A stretch of DNA of 64,000 nt from Thainema sp. Lineage in GTDB: Bacteria > Cyanobacteriota > Cyanobacteriia > Phormidesmidales > Phormidesmidaceae. A model generated the notes under the pieces. That model saw only the letters and a list, made by a program, of their open reading frames with translations. It searched no databases and was not told the origin of the DNA. Of the stretch, positions 10,094 to 20,343 are shown one piece after another. Position numbers and translations under genes: made by a program. Position 1 is the first letter of the stretch; each line of letters opens with the position of its first letter. The stretch spans positions 32,001 to 96,000 of the forward strand of contig JBQLZK010000016.1 of assembly GCA_052168235.1 (NCBI GenBank), given 5' to 3'.

Positions 10094-10459
10094 TTATTTG
10101 CCACCGCTAACTTTGGCACCGTAGCCTAGGTTAATCAACACTTCCACCAACTTTTGGGCGTGATCGCCTTGGATTTCAATTGTGTCATCCTTAACTGTGC
10201 CGCCTGTACCGCATTGGGCTTTCAGCTTTTTAGCCAGATCTTTCAGGTTATCCGGTGAGTGCTGTAGACCAGTAATCACTGTCACGGTTTTGCCACCGCG
10301 ACCTTTGCGAGAGGCTTGGACGCGCAAATCTTGCTGGTTGGGCGGCAGATCGGGAACAGCGCGCTGCAAAGCCGGATTGTTTTGACTCGATCCGGAACCG
10401 AACTCAGAATAGACAGTGCGATCGCGGTTACTCGATTGTCCCTTCGACTTCTTACCCAT
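10094..10459 (-). CDS. yciH: SUI1/YciH-family translation initiation factor
   Basis: RKGRGGKTVTVITG, LKAQCGTGGTVKD and IEIQGDH. Confidence 0.9.
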   Translation of the reverse strand: MGKKSKGQSSNRDRTVYSEFGSGSSQNNPALQRAVPDLPPNQQDLRVQASRKGRGGKTVTVITGLQHSPDNLKDLAKKLKAQCGTGGTVKDDTIEIQGDHAQKLVEVLINLGYGAKVSGGK

Positions 10460-10589
10460 GTTTCCTTACCTGTTCATCCGTTCCAAGATTAGTACATGAC
10501 TCGGAGCGTTATAGCTGTTCAAGCATTTGGTTCAAGCATTTAAATGCTTTCAGAGTTTGCTGATGTCCTAACCGATGTCGCAACTCTCC

Positions 10590-11765
10590 CTAGGGCAAAC
10601 CCCGTAATCGCCGCAGAAAATCTGATAGACCGGAAGACGGCGAGTCTGAAACCTGCATCGGTGGAATACCAGCGGGAGGAGCAGCAGCAGGGCGACTGGG
10701 TTGAAAACTGGTTTGCTGCGAGGTTGGCAAATTGAGATCCCGTTCCCAGCTTGGGGCTTGCAGTTCAGCCAGCAACTGCTCGGCATTCTGGCCAAACATT
10801 TGATGAGCGGCAGGATGAGTCAAAGCCGTCTTCAGTACCTGCTTCAACTGACCAAACTGCTGCTGAGTAGCCATATAGCGCTCTTTCCAGTGGCGCAGCC
10901 CCGTCTCATAATCGCTGATCTGCTTCATCTGCTTGAGGATTTGCTCTTGCAGTTCAGCATTTTGTTGCTCAATCGTTGCCATGCGGTTACAGAGCTGATC
11001 CCGTTCAGTCATTATCTCTTGACAGGTGTGCTGGAGTCGCGCCTGAAACGTGGTGCGCTCTTCGATTTCAGTACTCAAAGATTCAATATGAGCTTGAGCC
11101 GCCGCAATCACCTTGGCCAGATCGCCAGCAAACTCCGAAGAGAGGCTGTAGGAATCGAGACGTGCGATGGAGTTTTGCTTGGTAGGGGCAGCAGATGTGA
11201 AGGGTTCGACATCTTTCGGTGGGGACTGAGCTGTAGCTAAGTGCTCTGCCGATTGTTCCGCTAAGCGCTGTTTGAGACGGATAATCGCCTGCTGCTGAAC
11301 GTTGGCATACTCCTCCGTCACCGCGAGCTGTTCTTCGAGCCGCTGCTGATCTTGTACCTGCTGGCGCAAATCTTCCACGTAGCTGAGGGCTTGATCCAGG
11401 GCTTGCTCAAGCTGATGAATTCGCTTGCTCTGCTGTTGGTTTTGAGCATAAGCCTGTCTCAGCTCATCTTGCATTTGCTGTTGGTTACTTTCCAAGGCCA
11501 ATTGTAGTTCTTGCAGTCGCTCAATTTGAGCCTGTGGCGTTAGATCTCCATTGCGCAGCGGAATACCCCAGCGCAATCGCTTCGTCAGATTTGGCTTGTT
11601 ATCCAGATTGGACAAGCTAGCCAGATCCACGGATGCGTTCGCCCCCAGTTTTCCCTTGTTGGGCTGTATGGCATCAGACGTGACATAGCTCTCGATCCCA
11701 AGATTCAAAGAGAGCTGCTGATTACTATCTGCTCCATACTCCGGCATGGGATCAGTTGTGGCCAC
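10590..11765 (-). CDS. Coiled-coil protein, hypothetical
   Basis: 391-aa ORF with two long Q/E/L heptad regions. GTG start preceded by AGGAGG. Confidence 0.75.
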   Translation of the reverse strand: MATTDPMPEYGADSNQQLSLNLGIESYVTSDAIQPNKGKLGANASVDLASLSNLDNKPNLTKRLRWGIPLRNGDLTPQAQIERLQELQLALESNQQQMQDELRQAYAQNQQQSKRIHQLEQALDQALSYVEDLRQQVQDQQRLEEQLAVTEEYANVQQQAIIRLKQRLAEQSAEHLATAQSPPKDVEPFTSAAPTKQNSIARLDSYSLSSEFAGDLAKVIAAAQAHIESLSTEIEERTTFQARLQHTCQEIMTERDQLCNRMATIEQQNAELQEQILKQMKQISDYETGLRHWKERYMATQQQFGQLKQVLKTALTHPAAHQMFGQNAEQLLAELQAPSWERDLNLPTSQQTSFQPSRPAAAPPAGIPPMQVSDSPSSGLSDFLRRLRGLP

Positions 11766-12285
11766 AGGGACCTCCTAACAATACAAAATGAAGCCTCCGC
11801 TGAACCAACTCTAGAGCTGTGTTCAACGCGGCTATCATTATCTTCCAGCCACGTTATCATAACCTCTCCTATTCTGAGCTAAGACTCAGGAAAGAAATAG
11901 CAACTCTGGATCAAATTCACGCTGTGCGACACACCTTAACAAAATTTTCGGGTTTGAATCATCGAAACTTAAAGTTGAAATAATTTGAGAACTTGTACAG
12001 TGGCTATGTTGGATACGGGAGCATTGGGGTGGGGAGCGGGGGAGTAGGGGAGAAAGGGAATAGGGGAGCAGGATGACCGCCACGCTGTCGATACATCATC
12101 GATACATTTGATGGCAAATTGGGCAAGCTGAGCATGGCGTTCGATTGACGTTTGATTGACATTGGTTGACTGAAAGATGGATTGCAGACTTGACACCCAG
12201 TAAGAGCGTGAATGACTGGATTGAGTCGTGCTAACCCTAACCAATAGGTGAATCTGTTGTAATCCTCCACCTGTGCTTAAACTCT

Positions 12286-13245
12286 ATGGCTGACTTATCT
12301 GACGTATTGCAAGATTCTCCAGTGTTGATTTCAGCAATTATCTGTACCCATAATCGGGAAGAGTACTTGGGCGCAGCGATTGATAGCTTGCTGAAGCAGC
12401 AGTTTGCCGGATTTGAAGTAATCGTGGTGGACAATGCCTCCTGCGATCGCACTTCGGACATCGTCAAAGAACGGTTAGCTGATCCCCGATTACATTACGT
12501 CTACGAGCCGAACTTGGGCTTATCGGTGGCGCGAAACACAGGTGCTCAAGCCGCGAAAGGCGAGATTTTAACCTACCTCGACGATGACGCAGAAGCGAGT
12601 CCGACCTGGCTGGAGACAATTTATCAGGCCTATCAGACCAATGAGAAACTTGCGATCGCAGGTGGAAAAGTGACGCTGATTTGGCCGCCGAATCAGGCTG
12701 CACCAGCTTGGCTGTCAGACGGACTGGCGGGCAATTTGGGACTATATGACCTGGGCAATCAGCCCGTTTCGATTACGGAACCAGGACTGACGCCGCGCGG
12801 TTTGAACTATTCGATCCGCCGCTCATTTCTAGAGCAGATTGGCGGCTTTGACCCCAACTTAGGTCGGGTGGGCAAAAACCTGCTATCTAACGAAGAGCTA
12901 CACATGACCGAGCTGGCGCTGAAGCTGGGCTGGCAGGTGTTTTACTTACCGGATGCCATCGTCGCGCACAACGTGGCACCAGAACGTCTACAGCGAGGCT
13001 GGTTCCTGCGGCGAGGCTGGTGGCAGGGCATTAGCGAGTGCTACCGGGAGCAGTTAGCCGGGCGCTCAGGCTGGCTACAAATGCGGCAGGGTAGCGAGTA
13101 CATCCTGCGCGGGCTATATAAATCGGTGAAATATTTCTCTGATCCGGCTGAGCGCTTTGAAAATTTAGTATTTGCCTATGGGCAGGTGGGATATCTGCGA
13201 TCGGCTGTTGCCGGAATGATGTTTGGCAACGAGAAAAAATCCTAG
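12286..13245 (+). CDS. Glycosyltransferase family 2
   Basis: ISAIICTHNR, VVDNAS, GLSVARNTG, YLDDD and GGFD motifs. Confidence 0.9.
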   Translation: MADLSDVLQDSPVLISAIICTHNREEYLGAAIDSLLKQQFAGFEVIVVDNASCDRTSDIVKERLADPRLHYVYEPNLGLSVARNTGAQAAKGEILTYLDDDAEASPTWLETIYQAYQTNEKLAIAGGKVTLIWPPNQAAPAWLSDGLAGNLGLYDLGNQPVSITEPGLTPRGLNYSIRRSFLEQIGGFDPNLGRVGKNLLSNEELHMTELALKLGWQVFYLPDAIVAHNVAPERLQRGWFLRRGWWQGISECYREQLAGRSGWLQMRQGSEYILRGLYKSVKYFSDPAERFENLVFAYGQVGYLRSAVAGMMFGNEKKS

Positions 13246-13334
13246 GGGCGACGCGCTGGGTTGCAAGGGAAATGTATTGGGGCAAAATGGATGTGTCCGT
13301 ATCGAAATGTACGGCCTAATGCATCGCCCCTACA
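13243..13334. repeat. REP-like inverted pair (TAGGGGCGA...TCGCCCCTA) overlapping the GT2 stop codon
   Basis: Complementary ends at 13243-13251 and 13324-13332. Confidence 0.55.
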
Positions 13335-13500
13335 GATGTCCCGGTATGCAGGTTGTATAAACGTTAGGAAACCATAATCAAATTTCGGAATTTTGTAAAA
13401 GTTGCCACCTTGCGTATAGTTTTGCTGCGATCGCGGGAATCTTGGGTAAAGATAAATAACCCAAAGTCCCGTTTTTCTAGCCAACGTTCTAACTGAGATT

Positions 13501-14481
13501 ATGACTGAATCATTTGCCAAGCTCCCGGTTTCTGTGCTGATTCCTGCCAAAAATGAGGAGGAAAATCTCGTCGCTTGCCTAGAGAGCGTCGCTAGAGCCA
13601 ATGAAGTCTTTGTAGTCGATTCCCAAAGCACCGACGAAACCTGCGCGATCGCAGAACGCTATGGCGCTCAGGTGGTTCAGTTTCATTTCAACGGTCGCTG
13701 GCCAAAAAAGAAAAACTGGGCACTCGATAATCTGCCGTTCAGCAACGAATGGGTGCTGATCGTAGACTGCGACGAGCGGATCACCCCAGAGCTGTGGGAC
13801 GAAATTGCGATCGCAATTCAAAACGAGCAGCATAGTGGCTACTACCTAAATCGCCGCATCTTTTTCCTGGGAACGTGGCTGCGGCACGGTGGACGCTACC
13901 CCGACTGGAATCTGCGCCTGTTCCGTCACGCCAAGGGGCGCTACGAGAATTTAAAGACCGAGGAAATTCGCAACACGGGCGACAACGAAGTGCATGAGCA
14001 CGTTGTTCTGGATGGGCCAGTTGGCTATCTGAAGCACGACATGCTCCACGAAGACTATAGGGACATGTACCAGTGGCTGGCACGCCACAATCGCTATTCC
14101 AACTGGGAAGCACGGGTTTATCTCAACCTGCTGACCGGCATGGGCGAACAGGACACAATTGGCGCAAACCTGCTGGGCGATGCGGTGCAGCGGAAGCGCT
14201 TCCTGAAGAAGATCTGGGTACGGTTGCCGTTCAAGCCATTTCTGCGGTTTATCTTGGTGTATATCCTACAGCGCGGCTTTCTGGATGGCTTTGCGGGCTA
14301 CACTTATGCGCGGTTGATTAGCCAGTACGAATATCAAATCGGCGTCAAGCTGTTTGAATTGCGCCAGTTTAACGGTCGCTTGAATGTAACTCCGACCGGA
14401 ACCGTAGTTCCTCAAAGCACAAGCTCTAGCATTGATTCCGGCGCAGACGTATCATCTAATCCTGCCGAAACAATTTCGTAA
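13501..14481 (+). CDS. Glycosyltransferase family 2 (beta-1,4-glucosyltransferase-like)
   Basis: VSVLIPAKNEE, VVDSQSTD, IVDCDE, NEVHEH and RHNRYS. Confidence 0.9.
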   Translation: MTESFAKLPVSVLIPAKNEEENLVACLESVARANEVFVVDSQSTDETCAIAERYGAQVVQFHFNGRWPKKKNWALDNLPFSNEWVLIVDCDERITPELWDEIAIAIQNEQHSGYYLNRRIFFLGTWLRHGGRYPDWNLRLFRHAKGRYENLKTEEIRNTGDNEVHEHVVLDGPVGYLKHDMLHEDYRDMYQWLARHNRYSNWEARVYLNLLTGMGEQDTIGANLLGDAVQRKRFLKKIWVRLPFKPFLRFILVYILQRGFLDGFAGYTYARLISQYEYQIGVKLFELRQFNGRLNVTPTGTVVPQSTSSSIDSGADVSSNPAETIS

Positions 14482-14485
14482 ATTA

Positions 14486-14513
14486 GTAGGGGCGAATGGC
14501 CATTCGCCCCTAC
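14486..14513. repeat. 28-bp perfect palindrome, GTAG-type REP-like
   Basis: GTAGGGGCGAATGGCCATTCGCCCCTAC; identical copy at 49306-49333. Confidence 0.85.
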
Positions 14514-14544
14514 GTAACGCAATCAATCTCACTAACACATTTTG

Positions 14545-15159
14545 ATGACTGCTGATCCGTCGCTTTCTTCATCGCAGCGTCCCAAACTGGATGCGCCGCC
14601 GCTGGTTGATCTGCGCCAGTATGACCAGTCTTGGTTTGATCGGGGTCGCCCCGGCTGGTATATCCTGCTGTGGTGGCTGGTGCAGGCCGTGGTATTTCCG
14701 CTGACTCCGCACTCGGCCCATACGCCGCGCCGCTGGCTGCTGCGCCAGTTTGGAGCCACAATTGGTCAGGGCGTGGCGATTCGGCCTACGGCTCGGTTTA
14801 CCTATCCCTGGAAAGTGACCATCGGCGACTACTCCTGGATTGGCGATGATGTCGTGCTGTACAGCCTAGACGAGATTTGGATTGGCGCTCACTGCGTGAT
14901 TTCGCAAAACACCTATCTCTGCACGGGTAGCCACAACAGCCAAGATCCAACCTTTAATTTGGAGACAAGTGCGATCGCAGTTGGCAATGGAGCCTGGATC
15001 GCCGCAGATTGTTTTATCGGCCCCGGCGTGGTGATTGGAGCAAATGCCCTGATTGGTGCCAGAAGCACGGTATTCAGCGATCAGCCAGAACAGCAAATCT
15101 GCTGGGGCACCCCCTGTCGGCCTCGACAGCTTCGCCAAGTTAACGAAAAGCTGACGTAA
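14545..15159 (+). CDS. WcaF-family (HpsU-like) polysaccharide O-acetyltransferase
   Basis: DLRQYDQSWFDRGR, hexapeptide repeats (IGDYSWIGDD, IGAHCVIS, VGNGAWIA) and CTGSH. Confidence 0.85.
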   Translation: MTADPSLSSSQRPKLDAPPLVDLRQYDQSWFDRGRPGWYILLWWLVQAVVFPLTPHSAHTPRRWLLRQFGATIGQGVAIRPTARFTYPWKVTIGDYSWIGDDVVLYSLDEIWIGAHCVISQNTYLCTGSHNSQDPTFNLETSAIAVGNGAWIAADCFIGPGVVIGANALIGARSTVFSDQPEQQICWGTPCRPRQLRQVNEKLT

Positions 15160-15543
15160 CGAAATAATTTTCTCTGAAATCTAGGAACCGGGTTTCTGTA
15201 GTTGGATGTTTAGTTCTACTGAACACTGAGCACAGAAACCCTTTTTTGATGTCAAGATCACCCCGTACCAAGCAATCGGCACAACTCTTGCGCTTTGAAA
15301 CCTTCATGTTACTTTTTGGCGGCATGATCGACATTGATCCATCAACTGGAACTGCGATCGCACATAGAGGCCGGAGGTAACTGCCGATGGAAGCTAGTCC
15401 TGTACCATGCTAATCACGTGCTGATTGCCATATCGGCAAGGCTTGTGATTAGGGCGAGTCAGATTGCTTACGTCATCAAAAATTAACGATATTCGGTGCA
15501 ATCAGCAAGCTGACTAACGCTACAGATAGCGGAGGAATCACCC

Positions 15544-16245
15544 ATGCAGCAAAATCTCAGAAAACTGGCCAGGTTGTGGATACATGAAGTGCATCCCCGA
15601 CTAATGTCCTTTGTGGCAACTGCTGGGTTTGTCTGGTTAGGGATTTGTTTGCTGCTTCTATTCGGATTGGCCAATCTGGCTGAGGAGGTACTGGAACAGG
15701 AAGCCTTTGCCTTCGACGAATCAGTTCTACTCTGGATCAACCAGTTTTCTAATCCTGTACTCGATCAGGTGATGTTAGCTGTAACCCGTCTGGGCGATCC
15801 TCATGTAGTTGTTCCGCTCACCTGTATCGGGTTTATCTGGTTTTGGTGGCAGTGGCGATGGCGAGTTGCCGTCATCTTTGCCGTCAACTGCTTGGGAGGA
15901 GCCGTATTGAGTAATGGGTTAAAGCTATTTTTTAGCAAACCCCGGCCTCAATTGTGGGCTCAGCTCATTACCGAAACCAGTTACAGCTTTCCCAGTGGCC
16001 ACGCCTTAGGGTCGATGGTTCTCTACGGGTTCTCTGCTTTTCTCCTGGCCCAGCACTTTGCGGAATACAAGCATTTGATTTATGGCCTAGCGGTTTTGCT
16101 GATTAGCAGCATTGGCTTCAGCCGTCTTTATCTAGGCGTTCATTGGCCAACCGATGTGCTGGCAGGCTACAGCGTAGGATTCCTCTGGATTAGCGCTTGC
16201 ATCAGTTTGTTTCAGTTAGCCACCCGGAGGTTAAGCCGCCAGTAG
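15544..16245 (+). CDS. PAP2-family membrane phosphatase
   Basis: KLFFSKPRP, SFPSGH and SRLYLGVHWPTD motifs. Confidence 0.9.
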   Translation: MQQNLRKLARLWIHEVHPRLMSFVATAGFVWLGICLLLLFGLANLAEEVLEQEAFAFDESVLLWINQFSNPVLDQVMLAVTRLGDPHVVVPLTCIGFIWFWWQWRWRVAVIFAVNCLGGAVLSNGLKLFFSKPRPQLWAQLITETSYSFPSGHALGSMVLYGFSAFLLAQHFAEYKHLIYGLAVLLISSIGFSRLYLGVHWPTDVLAGYSVGFLWISACISLFQLATRRLSRQ

Positions 16246-16357
16246 GTGCCACCCTCACCCAACTAGCTGGTGTGATCTGAATTCGCAGTCGCGTTGTCAA
16301 CTAGCCGCCTGACTTCTATGTCCCATCTATTGCAAGCTTTCAAGCCTTGTTGTGACG

Positions 16358-16930
16358 ATGACAGAAAATAATTCTCATACGCTTTCTTCACCTCAATTTC
16401 AACCACTATCCGTTACTCCACCTGCTCAGTTTGAATCAGCCCTGGGCATTCGCACCTCGGCTCGATGGTTGGGCTTGTACTGGGAGCCACAGCTGAATCA
16501 GGTTTGCTATACGGATGGAGACACAGTCAGCACGGGCAACGCCCACGCTTGGCAACTGTTTTGTGCTCATCCCCAGATCCAGCCACTGCTAGCGCCTTAT
16601 CAGCTTGGCGATTATGACCATTCTGCTCAACATGCTTTGCTGCTCGATCGCCAGAATCACCGTTTTTACATTGGTGAGAGTGCTCTAGTTGAAGACTACT
16701 TGAAGCATCCAGAAACTCTAAACCTGTTGGCTCAGTTAGATGCACCTACAGATGCGCCTGTGGACTTGCCGTACAGGCTACGCGAAAGGCTCTGGAACTT
16801 CCGTTTACCCAATATCAAAAACCGATGGTTGCTGTTTCTAATTGGAGTTCCGGTTGTTGCGATCGCAGTTATCTTGCTCCACGAAGTCGGCGATTTTATC
16901 TTCGACCTGCTGGAATTTCTTGATGACTGA
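16358..16930 (+). CDS. Hypothetical protein with C-terminal TM helix
   Basis: 190-aa ORF filling the gap between genes, with a hydrophobic C-terminal segment. Confidence 0.65.
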   Translation: MTENNSHTLSSPQFQPLSVTPPAQFESALGIRTSARWLGLYWEPQLNQVCYTDGDTVSTGNAHAWQLFCAHPQIQPLLAPYQLGDYDHSAQHALLLDRQNHRFYIGESALVEDYLKHPETLNLLAQLDAPTDAPVDLPYRLRERLWNFRLPNIKNRWLLFLIGVPVVAIAVILLHEVGDFIFDLLEFLDD

Positions 16931-16985
16931 TCGGATAAGACGACGGTTTAATTCGGTCATCTATGTTAAGTTAGGTACCGCTCGA

Positions 16986-17282
16986 TTAGGGTATTTGCCG
17001 CCAATATTGGGCCTCCTCCTCAATAAAGTAATCGACTAAATCCCGATAAAGCTTTTCAATCACATCGGCACTTAAACCTGCTTCTTCTGCCCAGGTGCGG
17101 CGCTGCTGGAGCATGGCTTGCACTCGTTCCGGTGCTTTCACATCTGTTTCGCTGGTCTTGAATTTTGATGCGGCTTTGACATAAGCAAATCGCTCACCGA
17201 TTAGCGCAATTACCTGACGGTCGATCTGATCGATTTCGGCGCGAATATCCGCCATATTTTGACAATCATCGGGGGGTTTCAT
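16986..17282 (-). CDS. Isochorismate-pyruvate lyase / AroQ chorismate mutase (PchB-like)
   Basis: MKPPDDC..ADIRAEIDQID, YVKAASKFK, APERVQAML..RR.WAEE and YWRQ resemble PchB throughout. Confidence 0.8.
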   Translation of the reverse strand: MKPPDDCQNMADIRAEIDQIDRQVIALIGERFAYVKAASKFKTSETDVKAPERVQAMLQQRRTWAEEAGLSADVIEKLYRDLVDYFIEEEAQYWRQIP

Positions 17283-17411
17283 AGTTTTATAGAAATAGAT
17301 GAGATCGCAGATTTAGCCCGTTTATTGTACTCAATCTAATCACGTTAAGAGCGGCACGCACTGCGCACCGCTCTTAAGTGTTGTTATGAAATCAGTTAGT
17401 TACAAAATGCG

Positions 17412-17966
17412 TTAGCTGATTGCACTGCCGACCGCGCCTTTCACAGCTGCGATCGCTTGTTCCAGGCTACCGATCAGACCCATATCGGGTTCTTTGCCTG
17501 CCATTTCACGAGTACCGACGAAGTATAGAACGCCTTTGAGTACCTCTTGGTGAGCGCGGTTTTCAAAGTTGACTTTGTTCAGCGGCTCCATTGCGTCCTG
17601 AAGATCGTCGTTGAGCGACTGAGCGACCTTGTGGATCACCAAACCGTTCATGGTTTGCTGGTGCTTCAGCAGTTCGAGCTGGAAGAACTTGTCATATTCC
17701 GTCAGCTCGGAACCGTTAACCATCTGGCCTACTTTTTCCGCGTGCTTTTGGGTAATGTCGCGCGGCTGGGCATTGGTGCCGGACTTGGAAATAGCCTGGT
17801 CAATCACGCTCAGATTGTCGCGATCGCTGTCGAGCATGTTGGACAGTCGCTTCCGAATCGTCTCGTCATCGGTTGCCGCCATCAGCTTTTGTTCCATGTC
17901 GATTAGGACGTTTTGAAACAGCTTCAGGTCAGCCAGCTTCGTTGCTAAAGTTGTCATGTCAGCCAT
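17412..17966 (-). CDS. Ferritin/hemerythrin-like helical protein
   Basis: ELLKHQQ and FENRAHQE ExxH-like motifs in a helical bundle. Confidence 0.6.
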   Translation of the reverse strand: MADMTTLATKLADLKLFQNVLIDMEQKLMAATDDETIRKRLSNMLDSDRDNLSVIDQAISKSGTNAQPRDITQKHAEKVGQMVNGSELTEYDKFFQLELLKHQQTMNGLVIHKVAQSLNDDLQDAMEPLNKVNFENRAHQEVLKGVLYFVGTREMAGKEPDMGLIGSLEQAIAAVKGAVGSAIS

Positions 17967-18316
17967 ATTGATTGATATCTCCTATCTAAATCTGAAAATT
18001 GAAGCAGTCACGTCTAGGCCATGATTGGTGTAGCGCGGGTAAAACCCTGTATGCCAAACCCTGACCGTTGAGGACTACCAAAATTTGGTTTTTATGCGAT
18101 CGCACATCTTTCATAGTTACGTGAGACGCTGATTGTCTCCTCCCTCATCAGTTGATCGTCTCCTCCTTCGCCAGAAAGATTCATCCAGCGAGATTAAAGC
18201 TTGAGACCAAATCCCGCAGAATAATTAAGTAACCCATACGACATGACATTCAGCGCTACAAAGCCAGTAAGGTGGTTTGATGTAGCCTCTTCTGAGTTAG
18301 ATAAAGGTTTAAAGCA

Positions 18317-20287
18317 ATGACACAACCGGCGATTGAGTCGATTCTGCACGAGAAACGTTTATTTAATCCTGCCGCTGACTTTTCCCAGCAGGCGCATATC
18401 AAGAGTTTGGCTGAATACGAACAGCTTTATGAGCAGGCCAAGGCTGACCCAGCGGCGTTTTGGGCCAAGCTAGCCGAAGAAGAACTGGACTGGTTCCAAA
18501 AGTGGGACACGGTCATGGACTGGCAGCCCCCCTTCGTCAAGTGGTTTGTCGGCGGTAAACTCAACATTTCCCACAACTGCCTGGATCGCCACCTCACGAC
18601 CTGGCGACGCAACAAAGCCGCGCTGATTTGGGAAGGCGAACCGGGCGACACCCGCACCTACACCTACGCGCAACTGCACTATGAAGTGTGCCAGATGGCG
18701 AATGTACTCAAAGGTCTGGGCGTCGGCAAAGGCGATGTGGTGGGCATCTACATGCCGATGATTCCGGAAGCTGCGATCGCAATGTTGGCCTGCGCTCGGA
18801 TTGGCGCACCCCATACGGTTGTGTTTGGTGGCTTCAGTGCTGAGGCGCTGCGCGATCGGCTGGTGGACGGCAAGGCTAAGCTGGTGATCACCGCTGACGG
18901 TGGCTTCCGCAAAGATAAAGAGGTGCCGCTGAAAATTCAGGTAGATCGGGCGCTGGCTGACAATGCTGCACCGACGGTGGAAAACGTGCTGGTGGTGCAG
19001 CGCACCAAGCAAGACGTGGAAATGCAGCCGGGCCGCGATCACTGGTGGCATGAACTCCAAGCTGACGCGTCGGCAGACTGTCCGGCTGAACCGATGGACA
19101 GCGAAGATACGCTGTTTATCCTTTACACCTCCGGCAGCACGGGCAAACCAAAAGGCGTCGTTCACACCACGGGCGGCTACAACCTATACACCCACATGAC
19201 CACCAAGTGGATCTTCGACCTGAAAGATACCGATGTCTACTGGTGTACGGCAGACGTGGGCTGGATTACCGGACACAGCTACATTGTCTACGGCCCCCTG
19301 TCCAACGGTGCCACCAGCATCATGTACGAGGGCGCGCCCCGCCCCTCTAATCCGGGCTGTATGTGGGATATCGTCGAGAAATACGGCGTCAACATTTTCT
19401 ACACCGCACCAACGGCGATTCGGGCCTTCATCAAGATGGGCGATCACCTACCCAATGCGCGCGATTTGTCTTCGCTGCGGGTACTCGGCACCGTGGGTGA
19501 ACCGATTAACCCCGAAGCCTGGGTGTGGTACCACAAGGTAATCGGTAAAGAGCGCTGCCCCATCGTCGATACCTGGTGGCAAACGGAAACGGGCGGCATC
19601 ATGATTTCGTCGCTACCGGGCGCAATTCCCACCAAACCGGGTTCCGCCACCAAGCCCTTCCCCGGCATCTTGGCCGACATTGTTGACCTGGAAGGCAATT
19701 CGGTGGAGGGCGATCAAGGGGGGTATTTGGTGGTGCGTCATCCCTGGCCCAGCATGTTACGCACCGTCTACGGCGATCCGGATCGGTATCGTCGCACCTA
19801 CTGGGAGCACATTCCGCCCAAAGACGGTCAGTACCTCTACTTTGCGGGCGACGGCGCACGACGCGACGAGGACGGCTACTTCTGGGTGATGGGTCGCGTA
19901 GACGACGTGATTAATGTTTCCGGCCACCGTCTCGGCACAATGGAAATTGAGTCGGCGCTGGTGTCTCATCCAGCAGTGGCCGAAGCCGCAGTCGTGGGTA
20001 AACCCGATGAGGTGAAAGGCAGCGAGATCGTCGCCTTTATTACGCTGGAAGGTGACCAAGAACCCACGGATGCGCTGATTGCTGAGCTGAAGCAGCATGT
20101 GGTCGGTGAAATTGGTGCGATCGCACGTCCAGGTGATATTCGCTTTGCCGATGCACTGCCCAAAACCCGCTCCGGCAAAATCATGCGGCGCTTGCTGCGG
20201 ACAATTGCCTCTGGCGAAGAGATCGCAGGCGATACGTCAACGCTAGAGGATCGGTCGGTGTTGGACAAGTTGCGGCAAGGAGCGTAG
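18317..20287 (+). CDS. acs: Acetyl-CoA synthetase
   Basis: [25 protein letters not shown] and [12 protein letters not shown]. Confidence 0.97.
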   Translation: MTQPAIESILHEKRLFNPAADFSQQAHIKSLAEYEQLYEQAKADPAAFWAKLAEEELDWFQKWDTVMDWQPPFVKWFVGGKLNISHNCLDRHLTTWRRNKAALIWEGEPGDTRTYTYAQLHYEVCQMANVLKGLGVGKGDVVGIYMPMIPEAAIAMLACARIGAPHTVVFGGFSAEALRDRLVDGKAKLVITADGGFRKDKEVPLKIQVDRALADNAAPTVENVLVVQRTKQDVEMQPGRDHWWHELQADASADCPAEPMDSEDTLFILYTSGSTGKPKGVVHTTGGYNLYTHMTTKWIFDLKDTDVYWCTADVGWITGHSYIVYGPLSNGATSIMYEGAPRPSNPGCMWDIVEKYGVNIFYTAPTAIRAFIKMGDHLPNARDLSSLRVLGTVGEPINPEAWVWYHKVIGKERCPIVDTWWQTETGGIMISSLPGAIPTKPGSATKPFPGILADIVDLEGNSVEGDQGGYLVVRHPWPSMLRTVYGDPDRYRRTYWEHIPPKDGQYLYFAGDGARRDEDGYFWVMGRVDDVINVSGHRLGTMEIESALVSHPAVAEAAVVGKPDEVKGSEIVAFITLEGDQEPTDALIAELKQHVVGEIGAIARPGDIRFADALPKTRSGKIMRRLLRTIASGEEIAGDTSTLEDRSVLDKLRQGA

Positions 20288-20292
20288 GTGAT

Positions 20293-20340
20293 AAATAGCG
20301 CATTGGTCGCAGGTTACAGCCTGCGACCAATGCGCTATTT
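20293..20340. terminator. 21-bp inverted repeat between convergent acs and recJ
   Basis: AAATAGCGCATTGGTCGCAGG-ttacag-CCTGCGACCAATGCGCTATTT. Confidence 0.7.
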
Positions 20341-20343
20341 GAG

